Of a stretch of 53,397 nt of DNA, positions 37,715 through 47,218 are shown in pieces. Origin of the DNA: an uncultured Dehalococcoidia bacterium (GTDB lineage: Bacteria; Chloroflexota; Dehalococcoidia; SZUA-161; SpSt-899). Location: the NCBI GenBank assembly GCA_964548045.1, contig CAZJQZ010000001.1, positions 21,523-74,919 on the forward strand, read 5' to 3'. The position numbers were made by a program, and so were the translations under genes. Position 1 is the stretch's first letter; each line of letters begins with the position of its first letter. The notes beneath the pieces were generated by a model. That model was not told the DNA's origin and searched no databases. It saw nothing but the letters and a program-made list of their open reading frames with translations.

Positions 37715-39493
37715 ATGAAATGCAGAATACTCAGCATGTTGATAATCCAGGCTATAGCGATTTGCCTTTGCGCTGTTATGGCTGTGCCGGTGAGTGCGCA
37801 GAATGCGGTTACCATCGATAGCGTCACTCCTATGCCGGACAGGGCTGGCCTGACGGCCCGCTACCAGGTGGTGTTCACCACCAGCGCTCTCACCGCGGGC
37901 ACAAATGAGATCCGCATAACCTTCCCCGATGCAGTGCAGATGCCTTCGAGTATCGAGGACAGCGATGTGCTTGTCGATGGCAGCCAATGTTCCAATGGCG
38001 GCAGCGCATTCCTGGATGCCCAGACACTGGTGATCACCCCTCCGAATGATGTGGCTGCCGGAACTCGCACCATCATCATCAGCCAGCATGCAGGCATCAC
38101 CAATCCACAGCTTTCTCAGGAGATCGGAGATGGCGCTACGGACGATCTTTACGTTTTGACCGTTTCAACTGATAAAGATACCGCAGGCACGATTGAGTAT
38201 GAAATTTTTGACTGGGTTGGAGCCAGCCCCACAGAACTGGCCCACCACGATCCGTGCACGGTCTGGGGCGCAGGATTCACCCCCGGCTACACAATTCATC
38301 TAAACGGGATGGAAGGCGGGCCAGTCGATGGAACCGGCACAGTGGGTGAAGACGGAACCTTTCAGTTTGTCGGGTCAGCTACGGGCAGGGTCGATTTGAA
38401 CCTCAATGCGACCGACGGCAGTGGCAGAAGCGCTGAATTCGAAGGGGATGAGCCCGAACTGCCAACGACTCAACCCCCTTCCGCAGACTTCAGCTACACA
38501 CCATCCGATCAAGCTGCATACCCTGAGGAAAACCCGGTTGCCGGAGAGGCGATAATTTTCGATGCATCCGCTTCCAACGATCCTGATGGCAGAATAGTCT
38601 CCTGGGATTGGGATTTCGGCGATGGGAATGAAGGTTCGGGGGAGATACTCACCCACTCCTATGCGGATGCGGATGAATACACCGTAATGCTGACGGTGAC
38701 CGATAACAGGGGAGGCTCAGGTACCAGCAGCAAAACGCTGGTCGTGACCGAACATGTGGAGGAAGAAGTCAATGCGCCGCCGGTTGCTGATGCCGGCCCG
38801 GATCAGGCCCTGGAAAGCGCTGACGGTGAAGAAACGGAAGTAACGCTCGATGCTTCCGGGTCGTACGATCCTGATGATGACCCATTGATATATTCATGGA
38901 GCTGGGAGAGTGGTTCGGCGAGCGGGGTAAATCCCGTAGCGGCTCTGGCTCCGGGGACAACCACCATCACATTGACGGTATCGGATGGCGATCTCACCGG
39001 AACCGATAGTGTGGTCATCACAGTCAGGGAAAAGGTCATCGAGGAGGAAACCCCCACTCCCGGCGAAAAACCAGCGTTCCCAAATGCTTCTTTCGAGATA
39101 TCACCACTAAACCCGACCGCTAGTGAGGAGATAACTTTCGATGGTTCCGCTTCGGGGGACCCGGATGGATTTATAACGTCATACGAGTGGAGTTTCGGGG
39201 ATGGTGAAAATGATTTCGGGGAAATCGTAACTCACACTTATGATGAGTCCGGATTATATACAGTATCGCTTTTTGTCAGGGATGACGATGGCAATGTTTA
39301 CAGCTATACCACCAGCATAACAATAGCTGACGAGACTGGTTCCGAAGATATTCCTGCTGTAACAACTTCGACAACTGCTGAAATCTCCGACGATTCCGGT
39401 TCTTCAGCATGGATATGGATAGTGATTGCTATTGTCGTAGTAATTGTTGTTGGAACTGGCGTAATTGTTCTGCGGCGAAGGGCCAGTGCCTAA
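37715..39493 (+). CDS. secreted PKD-repeat surface protein with C-terminal TM anchor
   Basis: ATG 37715 after GAGGAGG. Signal peptide ...VPVSAQN. PKD signatures WDWDFGDGNEG...YTVMLTVTD and WSFGDGENDFG...YTVSLFVRD, plus a PKD-like middle repeat. C-terminal AWIWIVIAIVVVIVVGTGVIVLRRR. Confidence 0.8.
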   Translation: MKCRILSMLIIQAIAICLCAVMAVPVSAQNAVTIDSVTPMPDRAGLTARYQVVFTTSALTAGTNEIRITFPDAVQMPSSIEDSDVLVDGSQCSNGGSAFLDAQTLVITPPNDVAAGTRTIIISQHAGITNPQLSQEIGDGATDDLYVLTVSTDKDTAGTIEYEIFDWVGASPTELAHHDPCTVWGAGFTPGYTIHLNGMEGGPVDGTGTVGEDGTFQFVGSATGRVDLNLNATDGSGRSAEFEGDEPELPTTQPPSADFSYTPSDQAAYPEENPVAGEAIIFDASASNDPDGRIVSWDWDFGDGNEGSGEILTHSYADADEYTVMLTVTDNRGGSGTSSKTLVVTEHVEEEVNAPPVADAGPDQALESADGEETEVTLDASGSYDPDDDPLIYSWSWESGSASGVNPVAALAPGTTTITLTVSDGDLTGTDSVVITVREKVIEEETPTPGEKPAFPNASFEISPLNPTASEEITFDGSASGDPDGFITSYEWSFGDGENDFGEIVTHTYDESGLYTVSLFVRDDDGNVYSYTTSITIADETGSEDIPAVTTSTTAEISDDSGSSAWIWIVIAIVVVIVVGTGVIVLRRRASA

Positions 39494-39551
39494 TGAGGTG
39501 ACGAGGGAAACGAAGGAATAATCCAACAGATCAATTCGCCATTTCAGGAGC

Positions 39552-42500
39552 TTACGCCCCATTGCCGGAAAACCGGAGTATCTCGGCAAAGTTATGAATC
39601 TTGACGAGGTTGTTTGACTCCATGGAACCATCGTAGGTAAGGGAAATCCAGGGCTTGTTATAGTCAACACTGAGGCTCTCCGACATGGCAGCCACAATCC
39701 CGCCGGGCATACAACCGTGAGGCATTACCGAAATCACTCCTGCAAACTGAGGGTTTACCATCCATTCAAGGCCAGTCCCGACACTAAGAACTGCCTCGCT
39801 ACCGCATCTGGGGGAAAGATGAGCCTTGGTAAAATCAAGGATTTCTTCAATCGTAGGCTCCTCAACATCAACGAGGTGCCCGAAGTTACTTAGCACCGAA
39901 CTCTCGTCACGGAATTGTATCTTTCGCCTTATATACCCCTTGATGATCTTCATCCCCTGCCTGTTGCTGATACCATCTTCAATGTTACGTAACGCAAGGT
40001 ACTTTATCCACTCTCCAAACGGGGAAACGACCACTTCGAGTCCGGCCTCCTCACAATTTCTCACCAGGTGATTGTTGCTGAAATCGTTCGACCGCAGGAA
40101 AATCTCTCCATTGATACCCACCAGCGGCTTGCGCGGAATTGCAGAATCAATCAGCGCTTTGAACTTGGGGACGGCGTCACGCAAGATATCATCGTAGGAT
40201 TCTCGGCGGCTTATACGTTCAGACACCGCACCCGTCAACTCATTAAATGCCTCATCCGCCATTCCCCTGGATGCCTCATAAGGCCGACTGCGCCACAGGA
40301 GTTTTTGCAGGTGATCATACGCCACAATGCCTTTCCACATAAAGCGCTCAAAGGCCACGCCCAATCCCCAATCGCGATAGGCATTGTTGGAAACACTGGT
40401 ACGTATTGGGAGATCAAAACCAATTTCCTTCAAAACCACACCCTGCTCAGGGGCATATTTCCCCAAACGGCATGGCCCGTAGGCCCCCGCCATAAACCCT
40501 TCCACCTTACTCAAGTCAAGGTTATGACCATTTTCATAGTACAATTTCAGGAAATCACCCAGCGTTACCCTATAGGGCAAGCACTCTTTTCCGCTGGTAA
40601 ACTTGTTACTATAGAGAAGATTATTCTCATTCGCCGGCGGTAACGCAACCGCCTCCACTCCATAAGCGTTAAAAGCAGCCGCCATAACCTCCGCATGCGG
40701 GCACATCCGGGGCAATAAAATGATTCCCTTTGAATGATTGAGCAACTCAGCCGATCGATAGATATCCTTGGTAATAGTGCGAGCTTGTCCGGAGCGGTCA
40801 AATCCTTTGATCGTATCGACGAATGCCTCAATTCGGGTAACGATGCCGGCTTCTGCAGCATGCTCATCGATCTCCAGTTGTCCCAACGGCTCGCTGCCGA
40901 TTATATCCTCGACCAGATTGAGAATAATTGAATTCGGGCCGCAGCCGAAGTTCGTGAGGGTCAACCCATAAAGATGAGGAGTATTTGCAACGATATGAGC
41001 GCCAGCAATGAACTTTCTCTCATACTCCCAGTAAGGGCGGTCGGAATACTGGCTGATATCAACAGAGGAAAGCGGCAGGTAATCAAGCGGAATCGGCACC
41101 ACTCCCAGTTGAGCCAGTTGCTCTGCAATACCAAGGTTTGCCCCGGAATCCTGGGCCATGTAAGCCCGCGCGATGATTACCACCCCGATCTGGTTGTTTT
41201 CCTGAACCTGTTTGAGCAACTCCCGCCCATGCTCCTCCCTCACTTTTTCGAACTCGCGCTGGGCTGCCAGCCCCGCCTTCGCGGCCCTTTTGCCTTTTAT
41301 CCTGTTAAATCCCATCTTTCGGGCAACTCTGGTGAACTGGTCGATCACCTCTTTATCGCCCATACTGAAATCGACTAAAGGAACGATCAGCTTTTCATGC
41401 AGTCTGAGGGCTTCCCGAATGAGGAACGGGGCAGCCTGAACCAGCGGACAGGCATATTTTTGATTCTCTTCACCTTCCTTGATTCCCAGCCGAAGGAAGC
41501 TTGGAATGATAATGTGATCTACATCCTGGAGATTATCGGTGTGCCCATGCAGCAGCTTGATAGGAAAGCAGCTATCGGTGTAGCTCAATTCCGTTGCTCT
41601 TTCGATCACGTTACGGTTGGTCTTATTGGAGAAGACCGTTTTCACACCAAGTTCATTCAAAAAACCGATTAACAGGGGGGCGAAATCGTACATCAGCAGC
41701 GCCCGGGGAACACCCACTGTTAGCTTGCCTTCAGCCTCCGGATCATATCCGGCAAACAGCAAAGCTTCCCGATCATCAAAGGCCGTTTCCTTCTTCTCAT
41801 GGCTGACGGTACTGTCATAAAGGTCACAGCGGCTGCCATAAAAAGTGGGGGGCTCTCCTTCCATTTGCAACCTGCTGATGGTGCAATTATTGTCGCATCG
41901 ATTGCAGGTGAAGGTTCTTAGCTCGTATTCTTCCTCAATCAGCTTCTGGAATCCCCTGAAACGCGATCCGCCTTCCGCCATTTCCTCTTTAGCTAAAAGC
42001 GCCGATCCAATCGCTCCGGTCACCTCTTTATGCTTGGGAACAACCAGCCGGGTTTTCTCCATCAATTGCTGGAAAGCGGCCACTACAGCTTCATTGTAGA
42101 AAACCGCCCCGGTGAGCACCACTTCATCGCCCAGCCGCCTCATTTCTACGACTTTAGAGAGATAGTTACGGGCGATGGAACTGGCCAGGCTGGCGGTTAT
42201 GATTTCCAGCGGCACCCCTTCCTGCTGGGCAGAAGCTACTGCCTGCCCCATGAAAGAGGCGCAACGGGAACCCAGATCGATCAAGTAAGGGGCCTCAAAT
42301 GCCAGATCGGCGAACTGCCCGTTCGTCACTTGTACACCCAGCATTTCGGCTAACTCATCAATGAAACTGCCGGTTCCAGCCGCACAGGCTTTGTTCATCT
42401 GATAATCGACTACCACGCCGTTTCGCTTGATCACCAGCTTGGCATCCTGCCCGCCGATCTCTATGATATCGGCATCCGGGGCCAGATCCTCCGCTGCCCG

Positions 42501-43685
42501 CGTCTGGGCCGTAATTTCGTTCTTAATAAGATCAGCACCGATGAAGCTTCCGATCAGATACCTTCCGGAACCGGTTACCCCTACCCCGGCTATCTTTGCA
42601 TTATCACCCACCGCCGCATACAGGTTGCTTAACACCTGCTTGACAGCTTCCAGTGGTTGCCCGGCCGTCATGAGGTAACTCTTGGCCATAATAGTCTGCC
42701 CGGCCTCATCGAGTATGATACCCTTGGTGCTGGTAGAACCGACATCAATTCCCAAATATCCCTCGAATGGTTGATCGATCGTGGGGGGAACCCAGACATT
42801 GCTCTGCGAGTACCTCTCAAGTTTGGGCATGATGAAATATCGCTGCCCAAGTTCCTCTTCTTCCAGAATAACCACTTTCGATTGCGCCTGAGAATCCCTG
42901 GCCAGCAAAGCGCAACCCAGAGACTCAATATAGAGGTGATTATCGGGAACAGTTACCTCCGTTCGATGCTTGTTCCTGGCAGAAATAACTTCGTTGAAGG
43001 AACTGACCACAGCAGCATTAGCGGCAACTCCTCCGGTAAAGTAAACCGGTTCTTTGAAAGGGCCTTTCTTGAAGGAAGCCACCATCCGGGCTACGCTGTC
43101 CGAAAGGGAATAAAGTATGGATTCTATCGGTACCCCTTTTTGCTGAAGGTGGATCAGGTCAGTTTTGGCGAAGACGCTGCACCGGGCAGCGATTCGCGGG
43201 GGAGTGCCTTCAGCGCTTAAAGCAAGCCGGGCAAAATCCTCCAGACTGATCCCCAGCCGATATGCCTGCTGTTCCAGAAATCTGCCCGTGCCGGCAGCAC
43301 AAAGGGGATTGGAGGCCACCTTCCACGGCTTCCTGAGCCCATCTTCAACCTCGACGACCATCGAAGTCTGCCCACCGACTTGAATGATGGTTCTGGCATC
43401 AGGATGGGAAATGAGGAGCCCGGAGATAATGGCCAGAGGATCGCTATAGCTGGTCCAGTTCAGTTCTGAAGGAATGACCCCTTTGCCTGAACCCACGACC
43501 CCGGCTGTGCCAATATCATCCAGATTTACCTTTTCTGCAAGGCGCGATAATAGCGCAATTACTGCTGATTTAGGCCCTGTTGTGACACGTTCAAAATCGA
43601 GATGAATTACGCTTGAATCTTTATCTATCAGAGCCAGCTTGGCATCGACTGAACCAATATCTAATCCAAGAGAATAACGCTTCAT
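39552..43685 (-). CDS. fused 2x BcrAD/BadFG-type activase ATPase + 2-hydroxyacyl-CoA-dehydratase-like (DUF2229) protein
   Basis: 1377 aa. Two acetate/sugar-kinase-fold ATPase starts (LGLDIGSVDAKLAL; LGIDVGSTSTKGII), a Cys linker CNRCDNNCTISRL...CDLY, then a long HgdB/DUF2229-like C-terminal half. Confidence 0.82.
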   Translation of the reverse strand: MKRYSLGLDIGSVDAKLALIDKDSSVIHLDFERVTTGPKSAVIALLSRLAEKVNLDDIGTAGVVGSGKGVIPSELNWTSYSDPLAIISGLLISHPDARTIIQVGGQTSMVVEVEDGLRKPWKVASNPLCAAGTGRFLEQQAYRLGISLEDFARLALSAEGTPPRIAARCSVFAKTDLIHLQQKGVPIESILYSLSDSVARMVASFKKGPFKEPVYFTGGVAANAAVVSSFNEVISARNKHRTEVTVPDNHLYIESLGCALLARDSQAQSKVVILEEEELGQRYFIMPKLERYSQSNVWVPPTIDQPFEGYLGIDVGSTSTKGIILDEAGQTIMAKSYLMTAGQPLEAVKQVLSNLYAAVGDNAKIAGVGVTGSGRYLIGSFIGADLIKNEITAQTRAAEDLAPDADIIEIGGQDAKLVIKRNGVVVDYQMNKACAAGTGSFIDELAEMLGVQVTNGQFADLAFEAPYLIDLGSRCASFMGQAVASAQQEGVPLEIITASLASSIARNYLSKVVEMRRLGDEVVLTGAVFYNEAVVAAFQQLMEKTRLVVPKHKEVTGAIGSALLAKEEMAEGGSRFRGFQKLIEEEYELRTFTCNRCDNNCTISRLQMEGEPPTFYGSRCDLYDSTVSHEKKETAFDDREALLFAGYDPEAEGKLTVGVPRALLMYDFAPLLIGFLNELGVKTVFSNKTNRNVIERATELSYTDSCFPIKLLHGHTDNLQDVDHIIIPSFLRLGIKEGEENQKYACPLVQAAPFLIREALRLHEKLIVPLVDFSMGDKEVIDQFTRVARKMGFNRIKGKRAAKAGLAAQREFEKVREEHGRELLKQVQENNQIGVVIIARAYMAQDSGANLGIAEQLAQLGVVPIPLDYLPLSSVDISQYSDRPYWEYERKFIAGAHIVANTPHLYGLTLTNFGCGPNSIILNLVEDIIGSEPLGQLEIDEHAAEAGIVTRIEAFVDTIKGFDRSGQARTITKDIYRSAELLNHSKGIILLPRMCPHAEVMAAAFNAYGVEAVALPPANENNLLYSNKFTSGKECLPYRVTLGDFLKLYYENGHNLDLSKVEGFMAGAYGPCRLGKYAPEQGVVLKEIGFDLPIRTSVSNNAYRDWGLGVAFERFMWKGIVAYDHLQKLLWRSRPYEASRGMADEAFNELTGAVSERISRRESYDDILRDAVPKFKALIDSAIPRKPLVGINGEIFLRSNDFSNNHLVRNCEEAGLEVVVSPFGEWIKYLALRNIEDGISNRQGMKIIKGYIRRKIQFRDESSVLSNFGHLVDVEEPTIEEILDFTKAHLSPRCGSEAVLSVGTGLEWMVNPQFAGVISVMPHGCMPGGIVAAMSESLSVDYNKPWISLTYDGSMESNNLVKIHNFAEILRFSGNGA

Positions 43686-43694
43686 TTTACTGTA

Positions 43695-43703
43695 ATTCTA
43701 TCA
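43695..43703 (-). promoter_or_regulatory. possible extended -10 element (TGaTAGAAT) placed for a near-leaderless transcript
   Basis: Minus strand TGATAGAAT ends 9 nt before the ATG at 43685. No SD lies between it and the ATG. Confidence 0.25.
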
Positions 43704-43763
43704 CAAGTCAGGAGGTTTTTGTACAACTGAAATCAGGTCCGTTTTTTGTGTGGGAAGTAGATA

Positions 43764-43790
43764 TTGACACCCCGAGAATATTGATATAAA
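43764..43790 (+). promoter_or_regulatory. possible promoter of the candidate structured RNA
   Basis: TTGACA (43764-43769) and TGaTATAAA (43782-43790). The -35/-10 spacing is only 15 nt, so it relies on the extended -10. Confidence 0.35.
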
Positions 43791-43796
43791 ATGAAG

Positions 43797-44051
43797 CACC
43801 TTAAAAAACTGTCGGAGTAAGTTACCCAAATATTCACAATTGAATATTTACCGCTAAGGAACCTCTGAATAAGAGTGACTTCGGGGGCCTGGGGGTGTTC
43901 CCCGGCTATAAAATTCCCCCAAGATTGGGGAATAAAGGGGGTTGATCAGAGGTTCCCTAACAATATATGTAATGAGAAGGGAATTTGGTCAAAGCACTTT
44001 CACAGCAGGTCTGGCAATAGCTGCGTAATAGCTATGACCTCCTTTTTGTTT
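43797..44051 (+). ncRNA. candidate structured small RNA or leader (unclassified)
   Basis: 11-bp closing helix GGAACCTCTGA (43858-43868) / TCAGAGGTTCC (43946-43956). It encloses two G/C-run hairpins (43887-43906; 43913-43933). A terminator-like hairpin AGGTC..ATAGCT-7nt-AGCTAT-GACCT (44007-44040) follows, then CCTTTTTGTTT. No credible ORF. Confidence 0.3.
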
Positions 44052-44135
44052 GCGCTCGAATATGCACCAGAAATAGCTCAGATTGCCCCAAGAATATTTA
44101 CCTAGAATAATGTTATAGCTTTTACTTATACTTCA

Positions 44136-44165
44136 TTGCAGGCCAAAAATAGAAGAAACTATAAT
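44136..44165 (+). promoter_or_regulatory. putative promoter of the histidine kinase gene
   Basis: TTGCAG (44136-44141), 18 nt, TATAAT (44160-44165). About 155-nt leader. Confidence 0.4.
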
Positions 44166-44323
44166 TCAATGTCATTCTCGTGAAAGTACCCGACGCGCCA
44201 AAGCCATCCTTCACTAAGTTCTGGCTGACGCAGCCACTCAGGCAACGGAGACGGCCGGAATGACATATCATATTTGGTTGCCGGTTTAATAGTTACAGTC
44301 TGATGATCGAAAGCAGATAGCGT

Positions 44324-47065
44324 ATGCAGGATAAATCCAAAACGAAAGCCCAACTCTCCGATGAGCTGACCAAGGCGCGGCAATGGTCTGCTCAATGGGA
44401 AGCTGCTGATATCAGCCAGAAACAGGCGGAAAAAGCTCTGCGTGAAAGCGAAGCAAGATACCGCTCAATAGCCGAAGCCTCAATAGAAGGCATATATCAG
44501 GTAGATTCCTCCGGCAACTACATTTTCGTCAATAAAGCCTATTGCAACATTCTTGGATACAAAAAAGAAGAACTGCTGGGCAATCATTACTACATGGTCG
44601 TTCCTAAGAAGAGTATCCCTATGGCAGCGCAAATCACAAAAGATACCAGAGAGGGCATATCCCAGAGTGGCGAGTTTGAGCTCGAACACAAGCTGGGGCA
44701 TAGAGTGCCGTTATATTTCAGTATGGTAGCATTGGAGATACCGGGAGAAGAAAACGGTTACACCGGAATAATTCACGATATTACCGAGCTCAAGCGGTGG
44801 GAAGCAGAATTCAAAGAATACCGTGATCATCTCGAAAATATGGTGGAAGAGCGCACCCGGGAAATTCGGGAGAGCGAAGATAGATTCAATGCCTTCATGG
44901 AGAATATCCCGGCAGCCGTTTTTATGAGGGATAAACAACACCGGTGCGTTTATCTGAACTCATACTACAATGAAATGCTGGGAAGCGACATCAAAAGGCT
45001 TGGCAAACGTGCAGATGAACATCTCACACGGGCAGCAGCAAAGGCAGTAATCGCCGATGACCGGGATGTTCTTGCAGGAAATCAGGTGAAAAAAGAAGTA
45101 ACTATTACTGATACTACCGGCAACACCCGCATTTTTGAAACGCACAAGTTTCCCATCCCGTGGAAAGGCAGGCCCATGGTGGGCGGGTTTTTGCTGGATA
45201 TCACCGAGCACAAACAGACAGAGGAAGCACTGCGCGAGAGTGAGGAGCGCTACAGAATCCTTGCAGATAAGAACCCCCACGGAATCCAAGCAATCGACCA
45301 GACCGGTATCATTACTTACGTCAATCCCGCCTATCAAGAGATGCTTGGTTACACCAAGGAAGAATTACTGGGAAAACATGTTACTGATCTACTTGAGCCT
45401 GCTTCGAAGCGCCCCGAACTGCGTGAGTACCTGCTCCTGCTGGTCAAGGAACAGCCAGAGCCGACGACCTACTACCAGCAGAACCGGAGAAAGGATGGCG
45501 AAGTCATTGAGCAAGCGGTTAGCTGGAACTACAACCGGGATGGTGAAGGGAAGGTAATTGGTTTCATATCCATTATCACCAACGTCACCGAGCGCAAGCG
45601 GGCAGAAGAGGCACTGCGGGAAAGCGAGGAGAAGTATCGAACTATCTATGACAACGCTCAGGTTGGATTATATCGGTCCAGGCTTAGCGACGGCAAGATG
45701 ATAATAGTGAATCGTCGGATGGCCGAGATGTTCGGCTATGATAGCCCGGAAGCCTGCGCCTCGGATTACGTTGCCTCGGAACATTATGTTGACCCGGAAG
45801 CAAGGGGAAAGTTGCTGGCGATTATGCGCGAACACGGCAAGTTCAACAATTTTGAGGCGCTCGTAACAAAACGCGATGGTTCCCCCATCTGGATTCAGTA
45901 CTCTGGAATACTATTCCCCGAAATGGGCTTTTTTGAGGGAGTGGCAACGGACATCACCGAACGCAAGCAGGCGGAAGAGGCACTGAAAGAAAGCGAAGAG
46001 AAATTCCGCAACGTGGTGGAAAGGGCCAATGACGCCATCGTTGTTATTCAGGACAGTCTGATTAAATACATAAATCCGCAAGTGCGGGAAATGCTCGGTT
46101 ATCTTCCCGAAGATGTCATCGGCTCTTCAATGGTTGACCACATCTATCCCGATGAACGGAAAAGAGTACTCGATATTTACCGGCGCCGTATGGCAGGGAA
46201 AAAGGTTCCGCAATTGTACGAGTCCGCTCTGAACCATAAAGACGGCAGCAGAGTGGAAATTGAAATAAGCGGGGGATTGGTCGATTACCAGGGGAAACCT
46301 GCCGACCTGATCATTGCCCGGGATATCAGTGAACGCAAGCAACTGGAAAAGGAAACGGCCCGGACCATGGAACTGGAGCATATGGAACGCATGCGCCGGG
46401 AAATAATAGCCAGTGTCTCCCACGAATTGCGCACCCCGCTCACGGCCATCAAGGGGCTGGCCGATACGCTGATTCAGCCTGACGTTAAGTGGGATGATAA
46501 AACTCAGCTCGACTTTCTGCAAACAATCAATCGTGAGGCAGATGTGCTTACCCATCTCATCGAAGACCTGGTGGAGATGTCACAGATAGAAGCAGGCGTG
46601 ATGAAAATGAACAAGTCAGCAAATCAAATATCCGATATTGTCCACCTGATTTTACATCAGGTGAACATCCTGACCGACAAGCACAAATTTGAAATCGATA
46701 TTCCCCCTGACCTGCCCCATATCTACGCGGATGAGGTACGCATCAGCGAGGTCATCACCAACCTGATATCAAACGCAGTAGCTTATTCCCCGGAAGGCAC
46801 ACGCATCATATTGAAAGCAACCGGAACTGACAAAAAAATCACAGTAAGTGTTACTGATCAGGGAATAGGCATTCCCGCAGAGCACCAGGAAAAGGTTTTT
46901 AACCGGTTCTATCGGCTGGAGAGCGGGGTGGCTCATCGCAGGGGAGGCTCCGGTCTGGGGCTGGCAATCTGCAAATCAATTGTGAAAAATCACGAAGGCT
47001 GGATATGGGTGGACAGCGAACCGGGCCAGGGTTCGACGTTTAGCTTCAGCCTGCCGGCTGTTTGA
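44324..47065 (+). CDS. cytoplasmic multi-PAS sensor histidine kinase
   Basis: 913 aa, no TM. Five PAS-like modules, each preceded by a coiled-coil linker (..EEALRESEE.YR..). H-box SHELRTPLTAIKG. HATPase N/G boxes (ISNAVAYSP, DQGIGI, GGSGLGLAI). Confidence 0.9.
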   Translation: MQDKSKTKAQLSDELTKARQWSAQWEAADISQKQAEKALRESEARYRSIAEASIEGIYQVDSSGNYIFVNKAYCNILGYKKEELLGNHYYMVVPKKSIPMAAQITKDTREGISQSGEFELEHKLGHRVPLYFSMVALEIPGEENGYTGIIHDITELKRWEAEFKEYRDHLENMVEERTREIRESEDRFNAFMENIPAAVFMRDKQHRCVYLNSYYNEMLGSDIKRLGKRADEHLTRAAAKAVIADDRDVLAGNQVKKEVTITDTTGNTRIFETHKFPIPWKGRPMVGGFLLDITEHKQTEEALRESEERYRILADKNPHGIQAIDQTGIITYVNPAYQEMLGYTKEELLGKHVTDLLEPASKRPELREYLLLLVKEQPEPTTYYQQNRRKDGEVIEQAVSWNYNRDGEGKVIGFISIITNVTERKRAEEALRESEEKYRTIYDNAQVGLYRSRLSDGKMIIVNRRMAEMFGYDSPEACASDYVASEHYVDPEARGKLLAIMREHGKFNNFEALVTKRDGSPIWIQYSGILFPEMGFFEGVATDITERKQAEEALKESEEKFRNVVERANDAIVVIQDSLIKYINPQVREMLGYLPEDVIGSSMVDHIYPDERKRVLDIYRRRMAGKKVPQLYESALNHKDGSRVEIEISGGLVDYQGKPADLIIARDISERKQLEKETARTMELEHMERMRREIIASVSHELRTPLTAIKGLADTLIQPDVKWDDKTQLDFLQTINREADVLTHLIEDLVEMSQIEAGVMKMNKSANQISDIVHLILHQVNILTDKHKFEIDIPPDLPHIYADEVRISEVITNLISNAVAYSPEGTRIILKATGTDKKITVSVTDQGIGIPAEHQEKVFNRFYRLESGVAHRRGGSGLGLAICKSIVKNHEGWIWVDSEPGQGSTFSFSLPAV

Positions 47066-47154
47066 AAATACCAGCCAAAAATCCCCAAATCCATCTGTAT
47101 GTATCGGGGTATAAACCCCAACCTGCGGTTGAGGCAAGGCCCTACTCTGCTGCA

Positions 47155-47183
47155 TTGAAGCGGTTGCCGTACCCATGTATACT
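47155..47183 (+). promoter_or_regulatory. putative promoter of the SDR/lipoprotein pair
   Basis: TTGAAG (47155-47160), 17 nt, TATACT (47178-47183). Confidence 0.4.
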
Positions 47184-47218
47184 AAGTAACAACATCCTAA
47201 ATCAGGAGACATAACTAC

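Noticed and set aside
43883-43940. Four G4-5 runs suggesting a G-quadruplex
   Set aside because: One loop would be about 30 nt, and the G-runs have complementary C-runs that form ordinary hairpins. Duplex structure explains them better.
44166-44323. c-di-GMP-I (GEMM)-like strings (GACGCGCCAAAGCC, GGCAAC) in the kinase leader
   Set aside because: The order and spacing of the conserved GEMM blocks do not match the consensus as I recall it. Only short coincidental strings are present.
43875-44395. ORFs 43875..44105 (+, 76 aa) and 44159..44395 (-, 78 aa) in the large intergenic gap
   Set aside because: No SD, a GTG or weak start, and odd composition. The first lies across the helices of the RNA candidate and the second overlaps the kinase start. 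I treat the region as non-coding.
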